From Podarcis tiliguerta (lineage: Eukaryota), in assembly GCA_965153285.1 (NCBI GenBank), contig OZ229112.1: DNA of 64,000 nucleotides. The stretch is one strand, 5' to 3'. Each line of letters starts with the position of its first letter. The stretch's first letter is position 1. A model generated the notes under the pieces. That model was given only the letters and a program-made list of their open reading frames with translations, was not told the origin of the DNA and did no database searches. Positions 37,143-50,114 of this stretch are shown here, piece after piece. Position numbers and translations under genes: made by a program.

Positions 37143-38901
37143 TCAACCTTTCCTCACCTGCTGAAAAGGGAACTTTATTTGTCCAGTTCATAGTTTGTTT
37201 GGAATCTGGTCTTTCCTAGCAGCCTATACTCACTTTTCTGGAAGTAAAACAGCAATCCTAATACCATTTCCCCAGGTATAAACCCCACTGATTTCAACAG
37301 GAGTTACTTTTGAGTAAGCGTGGTTGGGATTGACTGAAAATCGGTGGAATTTACTTTTGAGTAGATAGTGGATTATGTTGTTAATCACCCTCCCTGCCTG
37401 CCTGCAATCCTATTTTCAAAGAAATTAGGCAGGGATTACTCACTGCTGTTTTTTGGCAGAAAAGTAATATTGATTTTAAAAAAATTGCTCTGCAATGACC
37501 AACTGGTTTTGACAATAAGCTATTATATGCGGTGTATCTATTTTTACATCCCTAGCTGTGGCAAACGTTTTTGTTTTGATATTTTGCTACTGATGAGATT
37601 TTGCTTCCGATGAGAGAGGCTGAAATATGTCTAAAGCAGAACCTCTCCCAATCCATAGATGTGGAAGTCACCCATACTGAGAAGCATTGATTCTTTATTT
37701 CCCATACAAAAGTTCACTAGCTGCGTTGTGATTTTCTGCAGCTATGTTTATGCTTGTCGTTTGAGAAACAGTATAGCATTACTTCTAGAGTTACGCTTTT
37801 ATAGCATGGGTGCCTTAAAACATGTTAGGAAGGTAGAAATGCTGCCTTAAAGTCAAGGACTGGGATTCCTGCATTCCCCTCCCCCTTCCCATGCACACCC
37901 TCCTTCTTCACTGCCAACTAAAACAGGGACTTTGGAAGCAATTCTTTTAGTACAGTTACTGTATATTAATGCCATTCCTAAGATTGCAATACATTATCAG
38001 CATGCCTCTTGCATAATACATTTCCCCCTCACTTAAAAATGACAGGCTTTCATGAAAGACCATTTTATTTAAATGCAAGTCATTACATTTAAACAAATGT
38101 CGCCTAGAAGTAAAACGTCTGTGTGTTCTGATGTGATGCGCACCATTTTATAATAAAAATGAACATGTGGAAAGCCAAGCGAATTCACCGTGTTTATGCG
38201 CCTTTATTTGAAAAATACTGTTTTGGTGCCCACTGTTTTTCACTCCCTCAGTGCTGCTTCAGTCACAGAGGGACATCAGCCCTACTCAGGCATTATCCAC
38301 TGGGGTTAAACAACTTGTGTATGGCTCGCAGGGCTGCGCATGCTGCTGCCACTCCACATCTGCATCCCAGCCACCTCCACTTTTGACCACTGGACTTTTA
38401 TCACAAGGTCTGAAGGGTTCACCTAACCACATTCTACTAGACATGCTTAGAAGCACCCCTATGACCGAGAACCTTGATTGCAAAGGGTCCCTGTTCACAG
38501 GGAGACTTTTCATGTAGCCGAATGCAACTGAAAGCCCCCTTCAGGCTTTGGGAGAAATGTGCAAAGGCCCGAAGAGGAGCCAGTGTTAGGGAGGGGGGGT
38601 GCAGCCAGTGTGCAGAATCCCACAGCCCCTGTGCAAGTTAATTCACTCTCGTTCTATGCCTGAGCACAGGCAATGTATACACACAAAGGTGCACTCTATC
38701 TATACAAAATACTCATGTACTCACACTATTTACATACATACCTTTCTGAAATAGATGGTCTAGTGTTAACTGTGCCTTTGATAATGCTGCTTAGTCTCAT
38801 CTTGGCTGAAACTTTTCCCAACCAAAAGCGCACAGCCATTTCTGTCCTTAAGCCTGTGTTATGACTAAGGCTGGGCTGGCTTTACCTTGTTTCGGGGTTT
38901 G

Positions 38902-38930
38902 ATCTATCTATCTATCTATCTATCTATCTA
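38902..38930. repeat. (ATCT)n microsatellite
   Basis: Direct observation. Confidence 0.95.
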
Positions 38931-39389
38931 AAAAGCTCAATGCAAGCTGCAATCACCAGGTGGAGAGGCAAGGCATTATAAGGGCATATGTAAGTTTGTT
39001 TACATCAGAGATGCACCCAGCTTTTAATAGTTGTTTTGATATGCTTAATAAGGATGAAGGATACATTATGCTGAATCTATTGTTTCTTTTTTGATATTGT
39101 ACTCCCTACTCCATGCAACTTAAGCTGTTGTTCCACTGTAAATTCCACTGCCAGCAACTCTACTCCAATAAGGGAATTTATTGCTGCCTCTGGGTCTATA
39201 ATGTATTTGGTTTCCAGATGGGATATTTGGGCTGGCTGACATTGCTGTCTGTGACATTAGCTGCAAGGACGATGTTGATTGTTTTGACTGTATAATAATG
39301 ATCAATGCTCCATTTGCACCAAATCTTTAAATAGCAAAATCAACTGGCCTGGTTTGCCACTGTAAATAGAGAATGGTATGCAATCTGTA

Positions 39390-39631
39390 CAGTGGTACCT
39401 CTGGTTACGTACTTAATTCGTTCCAGAGGTCTGTTCTTAACCTGAAACTGTTCTTAACCTGAAGCACCACTTCAGCTAATGTGGTCTCCCACTGCTGCCG
39501 CGCCACCGCCACACGATTTCTGTTCTCATCCTAAAGCAAAGTTCTTTACCTGAGGTACTATTTCTGGGTTAGTGGAGTCTGTAACCTGAAGCGTATGTAA
39601 CCTGAAGCGTATGTAACCCGAGGTACCACTG
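39390..39631. mobile_element. Tigger/pogo-like MITE, family B, copy 5
   Basis: CAGTGGTACCTC / GAGGTACCACTG, TA TSD, 242 bp. Confidence 0.92.
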
Positions 39632-39851
39632 TATTTCAGAAATTCCTGTGCCCATGCTAGGGTGATGGCTAGAGTGATGGATTTAACTATGGGCGATCCA
39701 AATACAAATCTGGCTTTGACTAAGTTATTTTGCTTCAGCCTAACCTACCTCAGAAAGTTTTGTGAAGCTAAAATAGTGTCCATTTCTGAGGAGGAAGGGT
39801 GAGATCACAACCTATGATAAACAAATGTGTTTGCACACTGATGCTTTACAG

Positions 39852-39973
39852 CAACCATTGCCAACTTGGTGCCATCCAGATCTTTTGAACTACAGCTCCT
39901 ATCAGCCATGCTGGCTGGGGTGATGGGAACTGTAGTCCAAAACATCTGAGAGGCACCTGGTTGGTGAACGCTG
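39852..39973. mobile_element. Fold-back MITE (family C-like)
   Basis: ccaacttggtgccatccagat...aactacagctcc / gggaactgtagtcc...atctgagaggcacctggttgg. Confidence 0.7.
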
Positions 39974-39980
39974 CTTTAGG

Positions 39981-40104
39981 CTGTGCTATTCTTCTAAAGA
40001 AGTGCCAGAACTCACCACAAACACCTCCCTCGTTCTCTTAGAATGGCAATGGCGCCCACCTGACGAGGTACGGAAAATGAGTTCTGGCTGAAAAGAATGC
40101 CCTG
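39981..40104. mobile_element. Short hAT-like MITE
   Basis: gccagaactca / tgagttctggc inverted arms; termini ctgtgctattctt / aagaatgccctg. Confidence 0.5.
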
Positions 40105-40574
40105 ATTTCTATAAAACCCAGATGTCTTGTATCAGCTCTAAACATGCCTTCTCAGAATAGGGCCACTGAGTTCATTGGGCTTTAGGTATGTATAGGTTAG
40201 TATGTTGAAATTTGTAGCTGGGCAGAGTGATCCAAACAATAAAGGGAGGAAGCTTCAAAGATGGATGATCTGATTTCTTCCAGTGGCTTGGGCTTTTGTG
40301 TGTGTGTGTGGAAAGAATGGGGAACCAGCTCTAGTTTCAGGGCCTGTATATGCTTTCTCCTGTTTCAGGGGTGTGTTGGGGGAATGGGAAAGCTATGGAT
40401 ACTTTGATCCAAGCCTTCCCCTAGCATGCCCACCTTTTACCTCTACTGAAGTCAAGAGTTCCAAGGTCGGTAAGACAAGGTCTGCAGACGTTTCTGCAGT
40501 GGTGAACAAAGACCTTTAGGATCACATCTCTATGCTTGTCCACCCTTCACTTATCCCATGCCTAGAAAGCATGG

Positions 40575-40790
40575 GTCAGATCAGTTTTCCACTTATTCCG
40601 TGCTTTATAAGGCAGGGGTCCTACTGGTTTTCCATTTGCCCTGCCACTTTTCCTGGGAAAACCCATCTCTTTACCACTGAATCAGAGCAAACGTCATTTC
40701 ACGGAAAACCTGATTGACAGCTGTTGTGATTCAAAGGTAAAGAATGGGTTTTCCCAGGGAAAAGCGGCAGTGGCAGTGGAGACAAGATCT
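40575..40790. mobile_element. Palindromic MITE
   Basis: ctgccacttttcctgggaaaacccatctctttacc / ggtaaagaatgggttttcccagggaaaagcggcag inverted arms; boundaries approximate. Confidence 0.65.
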
Positions 40791-43693
40791 CTGAGGGGTT
40801 CTCTTTCATTTTCTGCAGTAGCTTCTTGAATGGAATACCTTCCCCTCTGAAGTCTGTCTAGTGCCAGCTTCAGCTCAGTTTCAGCGTTAGGTTAAGACTT
40901 AGCTATTTTCTCTGGCGCTTATGAAACTGTTCACTGTGAAATAATAGGGGTATCAGCCACTCTGCGTTGTTGTCTTCCATTCTTGTTTTATTTATGTAAT
41001 TTTTTTAATGCATTCTTGCATCCTACTTTGATAGAGGGAATGTTATTAATATTTTAATAAATAAATAAATATCCCTTACCCACAAAAGCGGTAAGAATTT
41101 ATCTACACTAAACTGTCCCCTTGAATTCTCAACCTCTGGGGATTGAAGGCAAGAAGAACATTTCTTCACCCAACCACAAATATAGGAAAATTCAATTCCC
41201 GGCTTAGTGGAGCACAATCAATATAAAGTTAATATAAACTTTTACTAACTGGTGGTTATATCATATCTGTTTGAAGTATATTCAATAGAATACCCAGATC
41301 CTCCAAAGACACTCTGTTAGAAACATTATGCATGCATCTAAAATATTTCTAGACAGCCCTCCATCTGCACCGATTCTCGGAGAGTATGCAATAAGCATAA
41401 ATAAAAATTAGTCATACCAAGTGCAATACAATAAAAGCAACAACCTTCATGCAAACAAAAGATCGAGATTGTAAAACTGTAAGGCCGATTGCCGCTGACA
41501 TAACCATTCCAAAAGCCTGGGCGAATTAAAATGGCTTAATCCAGGGATAAGCAGAAGGTAGATTGGGGTGTACTGCTAGATGTTTGGGCGATTTGAAATA
41601 GATCATGGGATGGACATAAAGAACAGATTTTTATGTGGAAAGATTGTGAGTTTGGTTCAATTTTGGTACTCAAAACAAGTTTCTGGGCTAATCATTTATT
41701 TGAGACCTGGCTCCATTTGGTGAGTGTTGGGATTCTAGTAAAAAAAAGTAGATCCTGCGAGCCCTTGGCTTTAAAAGCAAACGCTGTTCATTTGATTGGT
41801 TCTGAAAGATAGAAGTGGCATTTAAATATGCCTGAGAAAGGCACACACTCCTTACACTTCTTGTATGGGTAGGCAAAGGATGAACACAGCTAAACATTTG
41901 GCACCATCCTTGCTTTCGCTTATGTTCCAGGTGAAGTCTGTCCTATTTTTTCTTGCTTTCAGTGGGATTTAAGATCCCTTTTATTTGCTATTAGGAGCTT
42001 TCGCTGTGCTTATTGTTTCATTGTTTTGTTGCACTGTTCTCCGCTGTTTTATTAAGGTTTTTTGTTGATTTTTAACTTTGTTGACTGTTTTAAAATCTTA
42101 ATTGTTGGTAGGTTGCGGCGAGGATTTTATTTAAAGTCAAGGGATGGGATACAAATCTATTTCCAATGCAAGCTAGCCACACATACACAGAGGTAAACAC
42201 TCATCGAGTTCAACCGCTCCCAGGAAAATGTGTAAAAACCTGCAACCTTAATGAAAAAAGTGTAACAATTTTTTAAAAGCATTCTCACCATGTAGGCAGA
42301 TGCCCCAAAGAAATGGCTTCTGTGCTATCGTTAGCACTTGGTTTAGAGGTAAATTATATCCTTGGTTAGGGGTAAATTATATCCAGCCACCATGACTTAA
42401 TCTGGCCATTTCATTCTTCCCTAAAAAAAAAAAAAGGGGGGGGGAGATTTCTGCGAGTTGTCACCTAGCAGTCGTGTGGGGAATGCAGCCCATGAGCTTT
42501 TTGTTGCTTACTCCTGTCCTATTAAACTAAGTGTTTAAATAATAATGTTTTCTAGATTGTGCCCGGTGGACTATTGCTTGTGTTTTACTATCTTATTATA
42601 TGTCAATCTGAAAGGCATTATAAAAGCTCCCAATTATAATAACATTACGGATCACAGAATGAGATCCTAGAAGACCTCAGACACCATTGCAAGCCCTGAA
42701 CTACCCAGGAATATTGAGGCAATCTGCAACGTCAGAACAGGTATGAGCTAATGTACTGAAAATGAACAGTGAAAAAGATATCCTTGCTTTACATGAAGAT
42801 TGATGAAACGAGAAGATCTGTGCACATCCACTTTGCATGACAAAGTTTACAATTCTAATGTTCAAGGGTAAGTAAAGAAGGACAATACATCCTGGGCAGT
42901 CCTGCAGCAGACTTGACCCTGAAACTCTCCCACAGGCCACATCACAATTACCAGCATATCTCTTAGTGGAGCCAGCCTCATAGCCAGATACTGTACTTTT
43001 GTGGCTGCTAGACTGAAGCCTTCCTTGCCTTTGGGTTCTGAAATGCCAATCAAGACTTATAATATGACCTTGTGTGCTAACTCTCCCTTAAGGAGGTCAT
43101 AAAAGGAAGGCACATCAGAGGCTTCCTCATCAAGCAAAACCGTGACTGCCTTTGTTTACTTTACAACTGCAATTTTAGAAAGCCACAGTACTGAGTTCCC
43201 TGTATGCTGGCAAACTCAACAAGGTAAACACAAGGTGGTGGTGGTTGTTTTTAAGATGAAGAAAAATTCCACAGAAATACCAGCTCTTGTTCCAAGGTAC
43301 CTTATTTTGAGCTTTCTTTTGTAATCAGCCCAAGAATGAAAAATTAAAGACTACACTTCGTTTCCTGGACTTCCGGCAATGCATTGTAGACTCAATAATG
43401 CATTGAGACAGGCAGTAAAACATCATAGCCGAAACAACCAGAGTAATTATTTTGCATGCCTTGAATCTGAAATGGGAACCCGTTTCACTAGATTTAATTA
43501 GGTGGTATCAGTGAAATCTCTGCCAGTGTTAAGTAAGCATCCCTCTCTTATTTCCAAGTTGGGCCATGTTTCTTTGTAGGGATTCAGTTTAAACCACTAA
43601 CTTAGGAAGAGATCTACTGATTCTGTCCATTGGTTAAATCCACAATGCATCATCTGCGGCTGTAAAAACAGTGAGTTCTAGTCAATACCAGTG

Positions 43694-44038
43694 AAAGGTA
43701 AAGGGACCCCTGACCATTAGGTCCAGTTGTGACCGACTCTGGGGTTGCGGTGCTCAACTCCCTTTATTGGCCGAGGGAACTGGCGTACAGCTTCCGGGTC
43801 ATGTGGCCAGCATGACTAAGCCGCTTCTGGTGAACCAGAGCAGTACACGCCGTTTACCTTCCAGCTGGAGCGGTACCTATTTATCTACTTGCACTTTGTC
43901 GTGCTTTCGAACTGCTAGGTTGACAGGAGCTGGGACCGAGCAATGGGAGCTCACCCCATCACGGGGATTCAAACCGCCGACCTTCTGATCAGCAAGTCCT
44001 AGGCTCTGTGGTTTAACCCACGGCGCCACCCACATCCC
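43694..44038 (-). mobile_element. Sauria SINE (Squam1, POMU-type), full length
   Basis: High similarity to 7915-8258; TSD core aataccagt on both flanks. Confidence 0.92.
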
Positions 44039-44389
44039 TGAATACCAGTAAAGGTCTCACTAAAAACCAAGAGTTTGGAAGGATTTCAAAAGGTGGAGTG
44101 TTGTGCATCCACCTTCAAGAGCCTGTTCCTATTTCAAATGTAGCTTGGTCATCTGAATGTACCACAAATCTGGTGCCACCAATGCGCATTTCTTCAGAGC
44201 CAGTAGTTCTGAGGTGGATGGGGCGTGAGGAGGAAATCAGATCATTTGCTACTGCAGTCATTATAGAGACAGATTCACACAGATTACTAGCCCTTCACGT
44301 ACACACACATGTAGAGTATGGTCAGTCTGGCCCAGTGCACACAGACTGAGTAGACAATAGCAAATTAGATGGATCAGCAGCCTGACCAT

Positions 44390-44590
44390 AAGAAGCTACC
44401 TATGGTCAGACTGTTGAACCATCTAATTTGCTACTGTCTGTTCTGACTCACTAGCAGAGGCTCTCCAAAATCTCAGGCAGCAGTCTTTTTCACCGTCCCC
44501 CACACAACCCCTTTGAAGGGAAATGCCAGATAATCAGCCTGGGACCTTGTGCAGGCAAAGCATATTCTGTGCCACTGAGCTATGACCCAT
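44390..44590 (-). mobile_element. Decayed tRNA-derived SINE whose tail is mirrored at 44352-44390
   Basis: gccactgagctat / cctgggacctt head in reverse; tail ...ccatctaatttgctactgtct. Confidence 0.65.
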
Positions 44591-45451
44591 TCGCTAGTAC
44601 TTCGGTTCTCTTTTGATTTCACTGTGTGCACCTCCAAGTCATCATGGAACTTAGGACTGGACTAGAAAATGTAAATAAAGTCACCAGAAAAATTGACATA
44701 ACTGTAAAAGAAAATTGCTTATTTCAGCTTTTACTGATAAGGGGGGAAATGTTTTGTATTTCCATCTGTCTTAAGCAGATGAATATTTTTAAAAAAGGAT
44801 TGATGATGCAAAATGTTTTCCATTTCTGCAGATCTTTGAATCTGCTATGTGTAAGTCTTAATATTTTGTAGAAGGCCCACATTAAATAAAAAAATTAAAA
44901 GAAGCTGGTGAACTAAATACCATACAACAGAATTACAGGTCAGTTCACCTGCAGTTCAGCATGGTTATAAAATATCCATGCATACAGACAGTAACCATTA
45001 TTTTAGGTGTGTCCAAATGTCTGTTGTGTGGGTCCTTTGGGACCCAGAAGAGGGCAGAATGGCGACGGGGCTGCCCTGTGCTTTGACAGGGCTGGAATGT
45101 GTCCCTAAGCTTTGATAATGGCTCTTGCTGGCTGAATGGAAGACAAGAGAGATGTGGTAGGTTGACTGTAGAAACCTCTTGACGTCTGCATAGTTGGACG
45201 TACCCATCCTATATTGTAGAAAGATATGAGTCACATTCATTGCTCTACCCACTTTGCCTCTGTTCCTGTCCACTACTGGCAAGCATTCATTGGAAAGCAG
45301 CCCAAGACAAAATATGGCCACTGGCTGAAAAATGGTTCCCAACTCCTGCCCTAGGAGTCCTGTGTGAAACTTTCCAAACTGGTAAATTATGTTTCGTAGA
45401 TGCTGTAAAAGTAAAATATTTATCTCAAGATAAATAGTAACTCATTACAGT

Positions 45452-45687
45452 GGCTGTATTCAGACATCACATTTGCTAATCCCCCAAACAATGGGTTGGA
45501 GGTTTGGAAATGAGGAATGTGTGCACACACTCCATCGCCACTTGTGCTCTTAGTTTAATCTAACATTTCCTGGTTTGCCAAAGTACAGTTTGCCATGAAA
45601 CTGGTTTTAGTGATACCTCTAAACCAGGAAGGGAGATCTGAATAATATCTGAATGCCAGATGGCATCTGTGGTATCTGAACACAGCC
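45452..45687. mobile_element. Old MITE (Harbinger-like termini)
   Basis: TIR ggctgtattcagacatcac / gtggtatctgaacacagcc. Confidence 0.5.
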
Positions 45688-46364
45688 ATTGTAAGTGAGT
45701 CAAGATACCTGGTAGACCAGGGACAATTTAACCATCCGTTTCTGGATTTTTGAGAAAGTACCTCTCCCCTATACTAGATATGACTAAACCAATGTGAAAT
45801 AGGAGTTGGAGAGATACAATAAAAAATATCAAACCTCATGGTAGTACTTCAACATAGCCACTTCTCAGAGCAGAACTGAATCCTTAACTTTTATTAGATT
45901 AGCACGGGTTTTTTTGTTCACTTTTCCACAATATTTGATAATGGACTCACTTTTTGTTTTAAGGTACCCTGATGCCAATTTTGTAGTTGTGCAGTTTTGC
46001 CTCATGAAACAGAAAATGAGGGTTGTGATGGACATTTAAGATGCCTACCTAGAATTGAATTGCATAATTTCCTAGAGAAAGAGAAACTGAAGAAAAATTG
46101 TAAACCAATATACTAAGAATGAGGTGTGGGGGGGACCACTTTAATATATTATAAACTTTTAATGCTTGCACTTGTCTTACCCATTACCTTGCTTGGTTAA
46201 AGGCAAGCAATCTGTCATGAGACATGCTGACTGATTCATCAGGACTATGCTCACAGGGGGTTCTCAAAGTGGCAGCAGAAATCCCACATCTGCTGAAAAA
46301 ACTATGTCTATCCAACATAGGTATAGCACTCTGGCCCCTCCCCCCAAAACAATAGCCTCTATTA

Positions 46365-46502
46365 CAGGGTTAAAGAACTTGTGGCTACCCAAATGTCACT
46401 TAACCACAACTCCCACCAACCCTGACCATTGGCTATGGTGGCTGGGAAGGAAGGGAATTGTAGTCCAGCAAAATCGGGAGAGCCACAGGTTCCCCCACCC
46501 TG
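46365..46502. mobile_element. Fold-back hAT-like MITE (family C)
   Basis: CAGGG / CCCTG termini; perfect 8-bp TSD ctctatta. Confidence 0.8.
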
Positions 46503-47156
46503 CTCTATTAGCTTGGTGTTGTGCAAGAGAGATCTGGGCCTGGTTGGTCATAATGGAGCCCACCCATTGCTTGTGTCATACGTTTCCTCCGTTTCATTGA
46601 ATCTATGTAATCTGATGCCTCAGATGAATACTTTCACAGTGGGGGGAAAGTGAAATAAAGGTTATTTTACTCACACTCTACAAGCTGGATGTGTATGCTG
46701 AGGTTCAAACAAACAAACAAACAAATAATTTTATTAATAAATTAATTTATACCCCATTCTTCCTCCCAAAGGGGAACCTACTGCTCACTAGTGTTAGTAA
46801 GCATGACGATAACTAGGGTTGCCGTCACCACCCAAGCAATGTACAATGTAATTAGATTTTGCAGTTTCCTGGCAAAGAAAAACACCTGTACACAGAAAAA
46901 TGATTGATTAAGTAATCATTCATTTTATCCTGAGATTAAAAGGATAAGGGGGAAAATAACACCTATCATTTTAAACCAAAGGAAATAAAGAAAAAGAATA
47001 AATAAATAAAATGTTTGCTTTCCTCAAACTTTTATTCCAAAGGGAAATGAAAACCGCCCACTGCTCTACAAACTTATTCTCACGCATTATACTTTCTCTT
47101 GTGTGGGTGTAATACCTTAGTTTATACATAACAACTATGTTCTAAATCCCCCCAAA

Positions 47157-47205
47157 AGGTAAGGTAAGGTAAGGTAAGGAAAAAGAAAAGAAAAGAAAAG
47201 AAGAA
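47157..47205. repeat. (AAGGT)n(AAAAG)n simple repeat
   Basis: Direct observation. Confidence 0.9.
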
Positions 47206-47229
47206 ACCCAAAACATTTAGACGGAGATG

Positions 47230-47900
47230 GTGGAATTATTAACCCCCCAATACTGACCATTTGCGGAAGGGAGAAAAGGAACTATTTCAATATGCACAGC
47301 TTCAGAGTATCATTCCAAATAGTTTAAGAGTGTATTGATAGGTTCCATTGGTAATTTATAACCTGTTATTCTTTGAGGTCTCTCAGTACTAAACACTCAA
47401 ATGTTTGAATATTATGGCATTTCCAGAAAATATGAAGGTAATCTGCATGCAGTTCCCCCCATCTCCAAAAATTATCATGGGGGAACTTATGCATGGGCTT
47501 CAATCTACAGGTGGTTACATTGGTGTAAGATTTTATAATAGTTCTCTTTCAAATTCATAGATATCAGTATACATATTTTACTTTCTATCTATTTCCCACA
47601 CCCTTTCAGGTATATTGATATCCAAGTCTTTCTCCCAGTTTTTGGTTGGGATTTTCTCTTTTCCTCCTTTAACTCATGAAGTAATTTATCAATTCTACTC
47701 TTCCCTTTTAGTTATATAATATTACTTTGGTTTTTGCTAGATTTTTAAAAAAATACTTCCAGATATTCTTACTAAACTCTTTATGCATTTGAAAATATTT
47801 AAATCTGAAGAGTAACTGGGAACATATTATTAGTAACTTTACAAATTAAGACCCTCTGAATACAGCAAGTTTTCTTCTGTCAGAGAAAAGCTGTGAATTC
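47230..47900 (-). mobile_element. Decayed L1 LINE ORF2 C-terminal fragment
   Basis: Minus-strand peptides EKIPTKNWEKDLDINIPERVWE, LKENYYKILH and LHADYLHIFWKCH (L1 zinc-knuckle region), with frameshifts. Confidence 0.7.
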
Positions 47901-48859
47901 TCATCATTAGATCTCTCCTACAAGGTTTATTTTTGAACACAAATGAATTCCTGGCTTCCTGCAGAGGCCATGTTAAACTAAACAAAACCTCTCGTTCACA
48001 TCTTAATCTATCCTCCTGCAATCTCTTCAGTCACAGACTAGGATCCTCTTAACCTTTCTCTGGATCTGAAGCTTTTAGTTGAGCCCTCAACCTCCCAAAT
48101 CCCTCACTTTTTTCAGCATTATCTCCACATGCTCTTTTCTTAATGCTCCTGCCTTTCCCTCACACCCACAGTGGCTGCTCATACTTATCCATCAGCCCTT
48201 GCGCTCCGAGTTCTAACCCACGTTTTATGCTGCCCCCTTTCAGAACACCCAGTTCGGCAGCTACTCCAGCTTCCCTGCCCTTATCATTGATCAGTTATTT
48301 GAGTGAAACAACCTCTGTGTTATTAGACTTCCAGAGTCTTACAGAGTGCACAAAGTCTTGCGGAGCGCATGAAGTTCGTTATTTTCCCAATTCTGAAGTA
48401 TTTCTCTTTGTTTTATTTGTTATTTATATGTGCTAGACGAGTGTCCAGGAGAAATATCTTTTTTATATTTTAACCAGACTTCAAAAGATGCTTGAAAATC
48501 CTTCAACCTATACATTTGTTCATTTCCCTCAAGATTAACCAGTCTGAAATATTATGCATATGGCATGCTGCACAGTACAAATAAGTATCAGGGACTGAAA
48601 GGCTTCTTTCCACCTTTGGAGCACACATTGAAATCAAGGCCATTCTCAGTTTCTTTTTCTTTCTTGCTCTTACAAATAAAGCTAGAATGGAGGTCCTGCC
48701 ATTCTTGTCAATGTTGAAGTACTAAGGTGCAGTAAAATGGTCTTTAATCATAATAAGAATTTGAGGATAAACAGACATCTTGATAATTCCCATTGTTCCA
48801 TCCATATTATTATTATTTTTTAAACTGTAGATGTTTTATTGAATGGTTTTATTTTTTAA

Positions 48860-49296
48860 CAATGGCATGGAGAAAGATGACAGTAAAATTGTTTTTTACC
48901 TCTTTTGTAACACAAGTGGGCATTCAATGAAGCTGAAGGTTGGAAGACTGAGGATGGAGAAAAGAAAGTACTTCTTCACACAACACTATGGTTGTTAAAC
49001 AATGGTACTAGCTTCTGCAGGAGGCAGTCATGGCCACTAACCTGGGTGGCATTAAAAAAGGGTTTGGACAAATTAATGGAGGATACAGCTGCCACTGGCT
49101 ACTAACCGTGAAGGCTATATGGTCTGCCTCCATAGTTGGGGGGCAGGCAGTAATGTTTCTGGAAGACACAGAGGGGAGAGAGCTCTCGTGCTCAGGTTCT
49201 GCTTGCTCGTTTCTTACAGGCATGTGGTTGGCCACTGTAAGAACAGAACGCTGAACTAGATAGACCATTGGCTCAATCCAGCAGGCCTCTTCTTAT
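48860..49296 (+). mobile_element. CR1 LINE 3' fragment
   Basis: KRKYFFTQH...LQEAVMATNLGGIKKGFGQ and CR1 3' UTR ending ...caatccagcaggcctcttcttat. Confidence 0.8.
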
Positions 49297-49311
49297 CAAG
49301 AGAGATTTATT

Positions 49312-49460
49312 AGGGAAAGGCCATAGCTCAGTGATAGAGCACCTGCTTTGCATGCTTGAAGGACCTAGGTTCAATCCCTTTCATCTACAGGCAGGTCAGG
49401 AAAAGAACATTGTCTGAAACCTTGGGGAGCCATTGCCAGTCTGTGTAGACGATACTGTAA
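49312..49460 (+). mobile_element. tRNA-derived SINE (same family as 4041)
   Basis: gggccatagctcagtgatagagcacctgctttgcatg...ggttcaatccc...gccagtctgtgtagac. Confidence 0.75.
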
Positions 49461-49623
49461 CCTCCAACACACCAAAGGCAAACACCAGGTGTCAAATCAA
49501 GATACCAAAAATGGTCACTCTCCTTTCATGAGAAGAAACAAAATGTTCCGGTTTTTCTGGGTCACTTGTGGGGTATGTGGTATGAACTATAAGAATCATT
49601 GGTCTGATATACTATATGTATGC

Positions 49624-49669
49624 TCTATCTATCTATCTATCTATCTATCATCTATCTATCTATCATCTA
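49624..49669. repeat. (TCTA)n microsatellite flanking the Bov-B insertion
   Basis: Direct observation; resumes at about 50079-50091. Confidence 0.9.
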
Positions 49670-50078
49670 GAAGGCTGATCGTCGAAGAATTGATGCTTTT
49701 GAATTATGGTGCTGGAGGAGACTCTTGAGACTCTGCAAGAAGATCAAAGCTATCCATTCTGAAGGAAATCAGCCCTGAGTGCTCACTGGAAGGACAGATT
49801 GTGAAGCTGAGGCTCCAATACTTTGCCCGCCTCACGAAAAGAAAAGACTCCCTGAAAAAGACCCTGATGTTGGGAAAGATTGACGGCACAAGGAGAAGGG
49901 GATGACAGAGGACGAGGTGGTTGGACAGTGTTCTCGAAGCTACTAACATGAGTTTGACCAAACTGCGGGAGGCAGTGAAAGATAGAAGTGCCTGGCGTGC
50001 TCTGGTCCATGGGGTCACGAAGAGTCAGACACGAGTAAACGACCAAACAACAACAACAACAACAACAACAACAGCAAC
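49670..50078 (+). mobile_element. Bov-B 3' fragment
   Basis: gaagaattgatgcttttgaattatggtgctggaggagactcttgaga...(CAA)n tail. Confidence 0.92.
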
Positions 50079-50114
50079 ATCTATCTATCTACACACACAC
50101 TAAGGCAGTTTATT

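Noticed and set aside
42700-42875. Plus-strand exon ending at a GTAAGT donor near 42868
   Set aside because: No convincing acceptor, open frame or partner exon; such motifs occur by chance in 64 kb.
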